DNA of 61,073 bases, counting the filler. It is 9 parts of 9 records of this genome, joined end to end, with 100 filler letters (N's around TTAATTAATTAA, not from the genome) between each part and the next. Parts side by side here need not be neighbours in the genome. Positions count along the whole stretch, not along the records: positions 11,904 to 20,230 come from SRR31156797_61708; positions 20,331 to 26,312 come from SRR31156797_61711; positions 26,413 to 36,017 come from SRR31156797_61829; 6 more parts are not named here. One strand, 5' to 3'. Positions 19,139-29,073 of the stretch are shown here, piece by piece; the stretch's first letter is position 1, and each line of letters begins with the position of its first letter. The notes below the pieces were generated by a model. That model was not told the origin of the DNA. It saw only the letters and a program-made list of their open reading frames with translations, and made no database searches. The position numbers and the translations under genes are program-made.

Positions 19139-19546
19139 TCAGGCGCCGGCCGCTTCGACAAGGGCTTCCGCCACCTTGATCTCGGCTTCGGCCGCGGCGA
19201 CGCCCTCTTCCTCGCTTTGCGCCTTGGCCAGGGCTTCGCGCGCCGCATCCAGGCGTTCGGAAGCCTGCGCCGTGTCGATGTCGCCGATGTCGACGGCCTC
19301 TTCGGCCAGCACCGTAAAGCCGCTCTCGGAAACTTCCGCAAAACCGCCGGCGACGAAAATACGGCTTGTCACCTCGTCGCCCTCGTAAATATTGACGATA
19401 CCCGGGCGCAGGGTCGACAGCAGCGGCGCGTGGCCCGGCAGCACGCCGAAATTGCCGTCGCCGCCCGGAACCACCACCATGTCCACCTCGGCGGTGGTCA
19501 TGATCCGTTCCGGTGTCACCAGTTCAAAGGCGACCTTGTCGTCCAT
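19139..19546 (-). CDS. atpC: F1 ATP synthase epsilon subunit
   Basis: FELVTPER, GNFGVLPGHAP and VAGGFAEV motifs; downstream of atpD. Confidence 0.95.
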   Translation of the reverse strand: MDDKVAFELVTPERIMTTAEVDMVVVPGGDGNFGVLPGHAPLLSTLRPGIVNIYEGDEVTSRIFVAGGFAEVSESGFTVLAEEAVDIGDIDTAQASERLDAAREALAKAQSEEEGVAAAEAEIKVAEALVEAAGA

Positions 19547-19573
19547 GGCGGTTTCCTTTTTCCTTCGATCCGG

Positions 19574-20230
<657 letters not shown>

Positions 20231-20330
20231 NNNNNNNNNNNNNNNNNNNNNNNNNNNNNNNNNNNNNNNNNNNNTTAATTAATTAANNNNNNNNNNNNNN
20301 NNNNNNNNNNNNNNNNNNNNNNNNNNNNNN
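20231..20330. other. Artificial contig-joining spacer
   Basis: N-run + TTAATTAATTAA + N-run. Confidence 0.97.
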
Positions 20331-20507
20331 GCCCAGGGCTCGAAGCTGTTGCCATTGCTGGAGCAAGGACACTACGACGTGAAGCTGACAGACGATGAAC
20401 TCTATCGCATCACCCTGTGGCTGGATCTGAACAGCAACTTCTACGGCGTCTACCACGACCTGCAAGCCCAAGCCCAGGGCCAACTCATCCCGCCCATCCT
20501 GGAATAG
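20331..20507 (+). CDS. C-terminus of a planctomycete protein, probably HzsA-related
   Basis: Manual translation AQGSKLLPLLEQGHYDVKLTDDELYRITLWLDLNSNFYG...PPILE*; family recalled from memory. Confidence 0.5.
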   Translation, partial: AQGSKLLPLLEQGHYDVKLTDDELYRITLWLDLNSNFYGVYHDLQAQAQGQLIPPILE

Positions 20508-20531
20508 CTCCTTCTGGCGTCGCTGCGGGAC

Positions 20532-23500
20532 TCATCTCATTCGCTCCGGCTCTGACTGAACGCGGCGTAGCATCTCGTCGGACAACTTCAGGGTGAACTG
20601 TCGATCTGTATCCTCAACCCCTCGGACTTCGAATGGCACGCATTCATCGAATCGCTCCCGTGCCTGCGGATCGATGTGACAGACACAGAATCTGCCAGTG
20701 GAATGGACGGCCACCTTCACCGGTACCTGGCCATCGATGTCCGTGGGGCGAGGCATGCGGTAGCCCATCTCGTTGTGGTCGTAGCGGAGGATGCGGAGCC
20801 CGGAGACGGGATCGCCTTTCGTATCTACAACTCTGACAAGGACTTCGACACTCTGATCGAACTCGACGCGGCCCAGGTCGACGACCTGTCCCTGCTGCAA
20901 TGTCATGCGCCCCAGGAAGAGCGATGGGGGGGGACTGGCCGAGGCGTGGTATAGGGTGAACTCCTGTTCGACACCCGCTGGTATGTACAGTGTCTGGGAG
21001 ACATTGGGCCGCAGCGCATCCCGGGCGGAGACGCGGGTATCGAGCCAAGACGGCCTGGCCCCGTCGGTAATCCGATGAAGCAGGTCAAGCCGCTCTATCC
21101 TCCGGCGACCGCCCGAGTCGGGGACGACGGGGTGGATGACGACGGTGCCGGCCGGAAACAGCTTGCGCGGCTCCAGCATCACGAGGCCGTTTTCGTCGGG
21201 CACCAACGGTTCAGAAGCTAGTCCTCGACTCGAGTCGTTACCGCGGCCTGTGTACGACTGGAGCGCCTGACGAACACCGAGAAAATGCTCATCCAAGATG
21301 AGTAAGGAGTTGAGACTCTTCATGGCCTGATGTTCGATCTGGATACGGAACCATCCGTCGTCATCCGTGAGCGTGCAAGGGCCACTGTGCTTGCGTGTTC
21401 GGTCGAACAACGTCGTCCACAAGGGGCCGAGAGCCGGATGGGCCGGGTCGAGAGCCAGCCCCAGCGACTTGATCGTCGTCCAGTGTCCGGGTTCGAGGGC
21501 GGAGGCATCCTCGTTCGTAGGGGAACAGTAGATCACAATGGCTTTGGGTATCGGTCGGCCGGTGACGCCGTGGATCACCCGGCCCTGGTAGATCACGTCG
21601 GCATGCCAGATTTCCCGGGGCCTGAAAACAACGGTATCCGGGCAGGCCCCGGTCAGATCCACCGGCTCAAACGTGTAGCGCTTTCGGTTCCACACCGCTT
21701 CGGCAAAATAGACGCCGGCGTAGAACGGTCCTTTCTCGATATAGGTACTCAGGCTGTCGACACCGTACTCACGCGTCCTGTCTCCAATCTGATTTCTAAT
21801 CCTGATTCTAATCTTGGCAAGCTCGTCGGGGTCGGTGACGGGCCCGGCTTCGGATTCAAAGACAAAAGTGGGCATGAAGAGCGGTTTATCCAGCGGTGAC
21901 AGTGTGAGCGTCCCCAGGTCCGTGAGACCATCGGCTCCCGGATCCCGATAGGTGGCACTGACGCTGGCGGAAGGATGCCCCGGTGCCTTGGCGACAAACC
22001 TGTTGAGGGTGCGGTTGAAGCCGGGCATGAAGGTCAGCTCGTAGAATCCGTCGGCGTCCGTCATCGTGACCCTATCGCGCATTCGATAGAGCACTTCGGC
22101 AGAACGGTCGACGGTCTCGCGAACGGCCTGCGCACGCAGTTGCTGCCATTGAGTCTCAGTGAACGCGCAGGGATCGGTTCGGGCCAGCGTGTGATCGGCC
22201 AAGACGAGCACGTCGGGCATGGGTGCTTCCGTCGCGCCATCGACGACCCGACCCCGGTAGAAGACAGGTTCGCGCGTTCGGATCACGAGATGTTTGGGAC
22301 TGTCCGGCGTCAGCTCAATCTCCTGAAACCCAAACGATTGGCCCCAGCGTTTCATGGCCGCGCGGAGGATCCCGGTGGGCAGGGCGTAGCCGGACTTGAA
22401 CTGATCGTAGGTCAGGTGCACGGAGGGCCTGTCGTCACGCATGAGTGTCAGGACTATGTTGCCAAGCTCGTGGGGATCGGTGACGGGGCCCTCATAATAC
22501 TCGAAGGCGAAGGTGTGGAAGGTCTTCTCCGTCTCCATAGGCGTGAGCGTGAACGTCACGCGGGTGCCGGCCAAGACAGTGAGTGGTATCGGCTTGCCCA
22601 GTTGGCGGAGATGCGACTGTCGGGGCGGCTGGACCTCCACCTTGTATCGAGCGCCGGCCGGCGGCAGGCCTGCGAGTTCATCATCCTCTGTCACAAGCGG
22701 CACGCACAGAGAGAACGAGCCCTGCCCGTCAGTAACGGCGCGCAAGCTATATCTCTTGTCGCGATCCAGGGACCGGCCATCGGCATCCTCCAGCCCTGCA
22801 CAACGGACCATGGCCCCCGGGACCGGGCGGTTTTCACTATCCACGACCGTTCCCTGGATGGACGAAGAAATCTCCGGGGCATCGAGGGGTAGCAGAGGGA
22901 CGACGCAGGTGCCCGATGGGGCGCTCATAGAGGGTGAATAGTGCATGCGGGCGCTGCCGTAATCCGGATGTGAGACCGTGAAGGTCAGCGATCCGGACGG
23001 TCTCAACCGTTGGAGTCGGCCTTGGCGGTCGAGGGTTTCTTCGCCGAGATAGACAGTGCCGGAAGGATGCATGATGGTGTGTTCTATTCTCACGGTGGCG
23101 TCGGCTATAGGATCACCCAGTGCGTCCACAAAAGTCCACCACGGCTCGTACGGCACCGCCTCAAGGCCCAGGTAGAGGGACAAATAACCATCTTCACGAT
23201 AGGTACTCGTGTACACGCACCGAGCCAGAACCATTGTGATGGCCTCATCGGTTTGATCGGGACCGAGAAACACCACGCGGGCGGCTGTGGTGATAGTTGG
23301 ATAGGCCGCTTTGACGTTTTTATGGCGGATGGTTACCGCTCTTCTGCCGCCTCGGCGTTCGATGGGTCGTACGGTAATCGCGACACGGACCTTCTCAGAG
23401 CGCGCGGGGTCATTGGCCGCGTCCGGATAGATCCGGACAACGGCGGTACAACCGTCGAGCAGATCGGCAATGGATTGGCGCAGCTCCTGCTCATGCTGCC

Positions 23501-23594
23501 GTCGGTCCTGGTCCGAGAGGTTCGCCCGCACTGCGCATGGCAAATACGCCACCGCGACCATTGCGCCTATCAGGTAGAAGCATCTCCGCCGCAT
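20532..23594 (-). CDS. Large secreted protein with carboxypeptidase-regulatory-like domains and an internal ~215-aa duplication
   Basis: Signal peptide; repeated GxVVD...P(I/V)P.A.V and TD.DG.F motifs; GPVTDP.EL occurs twice. Confidence 0.75.
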   Translation of the reverse strand: MRRRCFYLIGAMVAVAYLPCAVRANLSDQDRRQHEQELRQSIADLLDGCTAVVRIYPDAANDPARSEKVRVAITVRPIERRGGRRAVTIRHKNVKAAYPTITTAARVVFLGPDQTDEAITMVLARCVYTSTYREDGYLSLYLGLEAVPYEPWWTFVDALGDPIADATVRIEHTIMHPSGTVYLGEETLDRQGRLQRLRPSGSLTFTVSHPDYGSARMHYSPSMSAPSGTCVVPLLPLDAPEISSSIQGTVVDSENRPVPGAMVRCAGLEDADGRSLDRDKRYSLRAVTDGQGSFSLCVPLVTEDDELAGLPPAGARYKVEVQPPRQSHLRQLGKPIPLTVLAGTRVTFTLTPMETEKTFHTFAFEYYEGPVTDPHELGNIVLTLMRDDRPSVHLTYDQFKSGYALPTGILRAAMKRWGQSFGFQEIELTPDSPKHLVIRTREPVFYRGRVVDGATEAPMPDVLVLADHTLARTDPCAFTETQWQQLRAQAVRETVDRSAEVLYRMRDRVTMTDADGFYELTFMPGFNRTLNRFVAKAPGHPSASVSATYRDPGADGLTDLGTLTLSPLDKPLFMPTFVFESEAGPVTDPDELAKIRIRIRNQIGDRTREYGVDSLSTYIEKGPFYAGVYFAEAVWNRKRYTFEPVDLTGACPDTVVFRPREIWHADVIYQGRVIHGVTGRPIPKAIVIYCSPTNEDASALEPGHWTTIKSLGLALDPAHPALGPLWTTLFDRTRKHSGPCTLTDDDGWFRIQIEHQAMKSLNSLLILDEHFLGVRQALQSYTGRGNDSSRGLASEPLVPDENGLVMLEPRKLFPAGTVVIHPVVPDSGGRRRIERLDLLHRITDGARPSWLDTRVSARDALRPNVSQTLYIPAGVEQEFTLYHASASPPPSLFLGRMTLQQGQVVDLGRVEFDQSVEVLVRVVDTKGDPVSGLRILRYDHNEMGYRMPRPTDIDGQVPVKVAVHSTGRFCVCHIDPQARERFDECVPFEVRGVEDTDRQFTLKLSDEMLRRVQSEPERMR

Positions 23595-23963
23595 AATTGT
23601 CCCTCGCAAAGCATAGTCAAGCTAAGCGAAATTATAGCAGCAAGGAACCCGTCAGGACAAGGTCTTTCGGGCCGTCTGCACCAGCGCTGGTTCCCATTCT
23701 CCGGAACGCTCACGAATTCGCTGATGGGCAAATCCCTTGGAGCGGCAAGGCAGGGGGCAGTCCGGTAATGTAACCGCAAGGGTCCACTGCGTTGTCCCGT
23801 CCAAGAAAATCGCCTCTGTCTGGTTCCCAGGAGCGACCAGGAGCATTCTGGATAGCCTTTTGCTAATCCTAGGAATAGGCGGGCGCCCCTGTCGATACAC
23901 GAGAGGGCTCCTATTCTCGTTCGAGCCCGCGCGTATGCCTGAGAAGCAATGGGGGTAGCACCA

Positions 23964-25073
23964 ATGAACAGATGTCGGATCGAAGCGATCATTCTGTCTC
24001 TGTGCCTGATCGTCGCTGGCACCGCCGGTGAACTGAAGAAACACCGGATACTCGTGGTCAGCAGTTACCATCGCGAATACCTGTGGTCTCAAGACACGCA
24101 GGCCGGTCTCTGCCAGGGGCTCATTGAGTTCGGATTCCTGGAGAATGAGCAGCAGTCGGCAGTGTTTACCGCCACGGACAATGTGGAGAGCGCGCATGCC
24201 GTCGTCCGAAAGCTGTGGATGGACACCAAGCGCAAGAATGAGAAGAAGGACATCGTCGCCAGCCTAAACGCGACGATGGCCGAAGTGGAAACATTCCTGC
24301 CTGATGTGGTGCTCCTGGGAGACGACAACGCCACGAACTACATCGGCAACCAACTGCTCGACACCGACACGCCCGTCGTGTTCTGGGGTGTCAATGGACG
24401 GCCTTTGAAGTACGGCCTACTCGACTCGCTCAAGACCCCTGGCCACAATATCACCGGAGTGTATCAGGCGGGGTATCCGAGAGAATGCCTCGATTTCCTG
24501 AAACGCATCATGCCCAACGTCAAGACGATCGCCATCCTCTCCGATGACACGCCGACCGGACGGTCCAAGGCCAAGCAGATTCAGCGCATCCTCCGGAACC
24601 CGGACCTGTCGATCGACTTGGTGGCGACCGTCGTCACCAACTCATATGCCAAGTGGAAGCAGGGGGCCCTGGATCTTGAAGACCGGGTCGATGCGTTCTT
24701 CATCCTGAACCATAACAGCCTCAAGGATGACGCCGGCAATCCCGTCGACCCACTGAGGGTCGGCGCGTGGTATCTTCGGAACATACAGAAACCGGAATGC
24801 GCACACGAGAAGCAGTTCGTCCAGGAAGGCATGCTCTCGGTGTGTGACGACTCCGGTCACAACCAAGGGTATGAAGCCGCCAAGTTGGTCTATCGGATTC
24901 TCGTGAAAAAGGAAGATCCGGGCTCACTGGCCGTGCGGGCACCGAAGCGGGGCCCGTTCATTGTGAACCGCCAGAGGGCCCAGATGCTCGGGATTGAACT
25001 CACCGATGCGATGGGCATTGAAGAGACCGTGCCTACGGCACTGGCCCTGCAGGCGAATGCGGAAGGTCGTTGA
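23964..25073 (+). CDS. ABC_sub_bind-type periplasmic solute-binding protein
   Basis: Signal peptide; LVVSSYH, LGDDNA, PVVFWGVN, NITGV and FIVNRQRAQMLGI motifs. Confidence 0.8.
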   Translation: MNRCRIEAIILSLCLIVAGTAGELKKHRILVVSSYHREYLWSQDTQAGLCQGLIEFGFLENEQQSAVFTATDNVESAHAVVRKLWMDTKRKNEKKDIVASLNATMAEVETFLPDVVLLGDDNATNYIGNQLLDTDTPVVFWGVNGRPLKYGLLDSLKTPGHNITGVYQAGYPRECLDFLKRIMPNVKTIAILSDDTPTGRSKAKQIQRILRNPDLSIDLVATVVTNSYAKWKQGALDLEDRVDAFFILNHNSLKDDAGNPVDPLRVGAWYLRNIQKPECAHEKQFVQEGMLSVCDDSGHNQGYEAAKLVYRILVKKEDPGSLAVRAPKRGPFIVNRQRAQMLGIELTDAMGIEETVPTALALQANAEGR

Positions 25074-25074
25074 T

Positions 25075-26312
25075 ATGAGACTGGAGAAAGAACGCTCCCA
25101 AATCCGGCGAATCCCCCTGCACTGGCGGATCTGCTCGGTTTTCATGCTCATTTTCAGCGGCGTGACGCTCTTGGGTGGATTCGTGTACTACAGCAGCGCC
25201 CGACGGGCCGTGGTGACCGCGCTGGAGGAGAGCGGCGAGGAGTTGTGCGAGCAGGCGACCCGATCATTCACAGAGCATTTCGCGCATTCGGCAGAGTTCA
25301 TGTTGAGTCTTCTGGAGTCTTCGCCCCAGGTGAATGCGTATTTGATGTCCCCGAAAGACGAACTCTTGCTCCGCCGGTCGGAGGTTGAGAAACTCTTCGT
25401 GAAGATCTCCCAAGGAGATGACGCTCACATCTCGGTACGGTTGCTCGATATCGCCGGACACGAAAAGGTTGTTACCGTCGGCAACCGACGCGTGAAAACG
25501 TATCGATCTTTAGATGAAATGGCCTCCGACAACCGCGTGGCCACCCGTCTGAGAGAACTCTTCCTGGCGTTGCGACAAGATGAAGGCAAACCACTGGTTT
25601 GCACCGACGCCTTCCGTGACGATGCCGGCCGGTGGACGTTTCTGGCGGGCGTGGCGAAGCAGGAGCCGGAGGTCGGCGGGTTTGGAGCTGCAATTGTCCT
25701 CCATTGCAGCCTCGACCCATTCATCGAGATGGTATCAGAACTCGGTGATGGAAATGACCCCGTGGTATCCGCCTGTCTGCTCACGGGAGAAGCAATCGCC
25801 TCTGGCTCGGCCGGTCCGGAAGGCCTCAATCCCGGATCCGGCCCTATGAAAGCAAGTCCGCAGAACAACGTTCGGAGGTTCACCAGGGAATGCGTCGTTT
25901 TCGGCGATCAGCCTGTTCTGACGGTAGAGGCCCGCATTCCCGATGCCCTTATCTCAGAACAAGTCGCTCCCGTCATCGGGTCAGCGTTGGCCGTGTTCCT
26001 ACCGACCCTGCTGGCCTCGGCGGTGGCATCGCTCTGGGCCTCGCGCTGGATTTCCCGACCGATCCGCAAACTCACCGGCGCCGTGGCAAAAGTCAGGAGC
26101 TCACATCTGCATCTCGGTCTGCCCGAGGACATCGTACGATCGAACAACGAGATTGGAGATCTCGCCAGCACGTTTCAGCGCATGATCCGCGATCTTCGCG
26201 ATACGACAACATCGGTGGAAGCCCTGAACCAGGAAATTGCGGAACGTGAAGAGGCCGAGGCGCAGTTGCGCAAGGCGCAGATGAAGCTGGTGGAAGCGGC
26301 CCACCGCGCCGG
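25075..26312 (+). CDS. Membrane sensor, probably a histidine kinase (TM-periplasmic-TM-HAMP; 3'-truncated)
   Basis: Two TMs; HAMP (ISRPIRKL...NEIGDLASTFQRM); ends in AQMKLVEAAHRAG, which normally precedes an H-box. Confidence 0.75.
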
Positions 26313-26412
26313 NNNNNNNNNNNNNNNNNNNNNNNNNNNNNNNNNNNNNNNNNNNNTTAATTAATTAANNNNNNNNNNNNNNNNNNNNNNNNNNNNNNNN
26401 NNNNNNNNNNNN
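26313..26412. other. Artificial contig-joining spacer
   Basis: N-run + TTAATTAATTAA + N-run. Confidence 0.97.
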
Positions 26413-26586
26413 CAGCTTCTCAAAACCGACGATCCCCAGGCTCCCCTTGATGGTATGGCAATGCTGATAGGCCTTATGGAGATCATCAGAGCTCCTGCCC
26501 TTTTCATACTCAAGGATAAGCTGTTCCAGATCGTCGCACAGCTCTTGAGTCTCTTCACTGAATACCTTCCAGATATCGCTATCCAT
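26413..26586 (-). CDS. Hpt-domain protein (CheA P1-like; 3'-truncated)
   Basis: FSEETQEL...HTIKGSLGIVGF. Confidence 0.75.
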
Positions 26587-26647
26587 TAATTCTCCGCTGA
26601 TCTGATGATGCTCACTTATTCACTCATAGTATAGTTTACCGAAAGAC

Positions 26648-26681
26648 AAAAAAAAAGACGGAGCCTTCCGATTCCGTCTTT
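26648..26681 (-). terminator. Intrinsic terminator of ftsH
   Basis: AAAGACGGA/TCCGTCTTT stem followed by a T-run on the minus strand. Confidence 0.8.
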
Positions 26682-26708
26682 ATGAATCCCGGGGGTCTGG
26701 CATTAGGA

Positions 26709-28922
26709 TCAGTTATCTTCCGAATCCTCGGGGGTCTCCATGGTCAGGGGCACCTCTCTGACGAAAGGATTCTCCCTGGAATGCTCAGGCTTCACTGTGG
26801 GAGGCTCGTTCTTCTCCGCCAGCTCACGGGCTTTGTTCCGGGCGATGATGGCGTCGTTACGCTTCTGCCCCTTCTCCGCCGCCCGTTTCGAGATCTTCAT
26901 ATCCTTCTCTTTCCGGACGGCCAGCTCTTCGGCTCCCTTCTCATCCTTCTCGATAAAGCTCATGAACTCTTCGGTGGAGACGACCTCTTCATCCATCAGG
27001 TGGTCGGTAACGGCTTCCAGAAGATCCCTGTGCTTCGTCAGAAGGCCGAGGACATGGTTGTACCGCTCTTCCATAAGACGGGAGATCTCTTCGTCAATAT
27101 ACTGCTGGGTGACTTCGGAGTACTCTTTCTGAGCCGCCCCGCCTTCCAGATAGCCGCCGTTGCGCTTGGTAAGGGTCACGTTGCGGAACTTCTCGCTCAT
27201 ACCGTACTCGGTAATCATATTCCGGGCAATATCGCTGGACTTCATGATATCGTTGGACGCTCCGGTGGAGATCTTGCCGAAGACGATCTGTTCCGCGGCC
27301 CGGCCTCCCAACAGGATGTCTATCCGACCTATCAGCTCCTCCTGGGTCATCAGGAAACGGTCCTCCGTGGGGGTCTGAAGGGTATAGCCCAGAGCCCCCA
27401 TGCCCCTTGGGACGATGGAGATTTTCTGTACCGGATCGGCGTCGGGCGTAAAGGCGGCCACCAGGGCGTGACCCGTCTCGTGGTAGGCCACGATCTCCCT
27501 CTCACGGGGATTGATCAGCCGGTTCTTCTTCTCGAGACCGGCGATGGTCTTCTCTATGGCCTCATCCAGATCATGACGGGAAACCTCTTGCCGTCCCCCT
27601 CTTACAGCGAGGAGGGCGGCCTCGTTGATGATATTGGCCAGGTCGGCGCCCACGAAACCGGGGGTGGCCTTTGCCACTTCCTTCAGGTCCACCTCATCCC
27701 CCAGTTTCACCTCGGAGGAGTGGATCTTCAGGATGGCCTCCCGTCCCAGCAGGTCGGGCTTGTCCACCAGGACCTGACGGTCGAAGCGCCCTGGCCTCAG
27801 AAGGGCCGGGTCCAGCACCTCGGGCCTGTTGGTGGCGGCCAGGATGATAACGCCCGAGGTGGAGTCGAATCCGTCCATCTCAACCAGCAGCTGGTTCAGG
27901 GTCTGCTCACGCTCATCGTTGGTGCTGATCGCGCCGGCGCGGCTCTTTCCTATGGCGTCCAGCTCATCGATAAAGATGATGCAGGGAGCCTTCTCACGGG
28001 CCTGTTTGAACAGGTCCCTCACACGGGCGGCGCCCACGCCCACGAACATCTCTACGAAGTCGGCGCCGCTCATGCGGAAGAAGGTAACCCCCGCCTCACC
28101 GGCCACGGCGCGGGCCATCAGGGTCTTACCGGTTCCCGGAGGGCCTACCAGCAGGACGCCCTTGGGGATCTTGCCTCCGATGGAGGTGTACTTGTCGGGG
28201 GTCTTGAGAAAATCGACGACCTCGACCAACTCATCTTTGGACTCCTCGCATCCCGCCACATCCTTGAAGCGGGTATTCAGGTCCTCCTCGGCAACGATCT
28301 TGGAGTTGTTCTGTCCGAAACTCATGACATTGGAACCGCCCATATTCCCCATGCGCTTGAAGATCATGCGCCAGATAAAAAAGAGGAACAGCAGGGGCAC
28401 CACCCAGCTCAACAGGATCTCGAGGAAGTAGTTCCGCTTCTCCTGTTCGGCGAAAAATTCAACCTCCCGCTCCTCCATCAGAGGCACGAAGCCGGGATCG
28501 TTGATGGGGACGGTCTTGTATACGTTGCCCTGGGCCGCGGAGGGACTCCCGCCCTGAAGCCTCTGGGTCAGCGTGCCCACCATCTGCTCAGCGTATTCGC
28601 CGGAGGTATAGGTCATGCCGTAGTAATAGGACGGCGTCATCTTGACCCTGCGGATCTCTCCCTGCTCCACCTTCTCCTTGAAGACGGAGAACTCGATCAC
28701 CTCGTCGGGGGCCTTCAGAAAGAGAAAGTTCAGGACCGCCAGGACGACGATGACGAGCAGGAAATACCAGAAGGAGAAACGGTATTTTCCATTGCGGAAT
28801 TTCTTGATCCGTTTCTCCATGTTTTCCGGTTTCAGCTCATCCTGAAACTTCTTGCGCCAGTCGTCGTTATTATTGTTATTTCCCTGGGCATCCAGTTTAT
28901 TATCATCAGGTTCGTTGCTCAT
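26709..28922 (-). CDS. ftsH: ATP-dependent zinc metalloprotease FtsH
   Basis: Two TMs; [23 protein letters not shown] and HETGH motifs. Confidence 0.97.
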   Translation of the reverse strand: MSNEPDDNKLDAQGNNNNNDDWRKKFQDELKPENMEKRIKKFRNGKYRFSFWYFLLVIVVLAVLNFLFLKAPDEVIEFSVFKEKVEQGEIRRVKMTPSYYYGMTYTSGEYAEQMVGTLTQRLQGGSPSAAQGNVYKTVPINDPGFVPLMEEREVEFFAEQEKRNYFLEILLSWVVPLLFLFFIWRMIFKRMGNMGGSNVMSFGQNNSKIVAEEDLNTRFKDVAGCEESKDELVEVVDFLKTPDKYTSIGGKIPKGVLLVGPPGTGKTLMARAVAGEAGVTFFRMSGADFVEMFVGVGAARVRDLFKQAREKAPCIIFIDELDAIGKSRAGAISTNDEREQTLNQLLVEMDGFDSTSGVIILAATNRPEVLDPALLRPGRFDRQVLVDKPDLLGREAILKIHSSEVKLGDEVDLKEVAKATPGFVGADLANIINEAALLAVRGGRQEVSRHDLDEAIEKTIAGLEKKNRLINPREREIVAYHETGHALVAAFTPDADPVQKISIVPRGMGALGYTLQTPTEDRFLMTQEELIGRIDILLGGRAAEQIVFGKISTGASNDIMKSSDIARNMITEYGMSEKFRNVTLTKRNGGYLEGGAAQKEYSEVTQQYIDEEISRLMEERYNHVLGLLTKHRDLLEAVTDHLMDEEVVSTEEFMSFIEKDEKGAEELAVRKEKDMKISKRAAEKGQKRNDAIIARNKARELAEKNEPPTVKPEHSRENPFVREVPLTMETPEDSEDN

Positions 28923-29019
28923 TTATATCTCCCGTCCGTCAGAGTTTACCGACAGACTTAAGTCCGGACGTTTTTCCGGTATATCTAAGATAAGGATTCC
29001 CGTCCCGGAAGTAAAGGCC

Positions 29020-29052
29020 AAAAAAAACCTGTAGACCCGGAAGATCTACAGG
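29020..29052 (-). terminator. Intrinsic terminator of topA
   Basis: CCTGTAGA/TCTACAGG stem plus T-run on the minus strand. Confidence 0.75.
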
Positions 29053-29073
29053 AGAATGAAAGTTCATATTATT

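Noticed and set aside
23610-23963. Possible riboswitch in the intergenic region (GGCAAA; GAATAGG/CCTATTC hairpin)
   Set aside because: It does not match the c-di-GMP or other riboswitch consensus by eye. An Infernal search would be needed.
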